Positions 63,311 to 64,000 of a stretch of 64,000 bases of DNA are shown piece after piece (within the stretch, counting starts at the first letter, position 1; the number at the start of each line of letters is the position of its first letter). The position numbers and the translations under genes are program-made. The stretch is from the human T2T-CHM13v2.0 reference genome, Homo sapiens, in assembly GCF_009914755.1 (NCBI RefSeq), contig NC_060928.1. The stretch is one strand, 5' to 3'. The notes beneath the pieces are model-generated. The model saw only the letters and a program-made list of their open reading frames with translations, was not told the DNA's origin and ran no database searches.

Positions 63311-64000
63311 GATGCACAGAATTGAGCCCAGGAAAATTTGGTGATTTATTTCCAAAATCACACAGCTAAGATAATTTTTGTAATTCTCAGGGAAATGCTT
63401 TTTTCACTGTATGTACTATGTTACTCCCTCTCCCATCATTAAAATACCTGCAGCTACAGTCATTCTGACAATGAGTACTTAGATGTATGTTCTATCTACA
63501 ATTTTATTTTTGTTAATGTTGCATGATGTTCAGCATCATCTATGATATAATGTAGAAAACTGGCTGTAATATACTTATGTTTTATATATAATAAGAAATT
63601 GAATAGGGTGCTGAGCATTATACCTTATATCAAATGTTTTAAATGATGTTTAAATAATGTAAAGAAACTTTTTGTATGTTGAAACACATCATTGTGTTAG
63701 CCTGTAATGTTATAAATAATAATAATTACAATACTAGATAAGAGATTTAACGATATTAATTTACATATGTGCACAGAGAAATTTAATATTTGAAAATTTA
63801 ATTCTCTGAAGTATATGGTTTATACCAATTCTTATCTTGGTTTATCTGCTCGAATAAAATGATGTCCATTTATCCTTTAAATGTCAAATATGCAATATAT
63901 ATTTTGCAATGGAAAGAGCCCATTAGAGTACAAGGTAATGAACTCCTTTCAAGTATATTTTATGATTATGACATGTGTTTCAACAATAATTTCATATTTT

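Overview
AT-rich primate (human/ape-like) intergenic or deep-intronic DNA. I can support no protein-coding gene, RNA gene or CRISPR array; the ORFs I can recognise derive from transposable elements and the rest look like chance ORFs. The main structure is a same-strand nest of retroviral elements: an old MER4-group/MER65-like ERV1 (~20.9-36.5 kb) is interrupted by a complete THE1 MaLR (24413-32442, TSD GTACA), which is itself interrupted by a two-LTR HERV-H/LTR7 provirus (26302-31987, TSD CTGGG, tRNA-His PBS). The most notable detail is that the HERV-H 5' LTR keeps its TATA box and ACAAAAGA motif, while in the 3' LTR the TATA is mutated and two substitutions replace AATAAA with a strong splice donor (CAG|GTAAGA). 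Other features are a twin-primed L1PA3-like insertion with an 18-bp TSD and a 16-nt possible 3' transduction, two older inverted L1s, solo LTRs (MER52, MER11, MER9, MST, MLT2), several Alus, DNA-transposon fossils, and spacer-less palindromes including a perfect 58-bp one. Family names come from recalled consensus sequences, not from a database search. I found no convincing new biological system.
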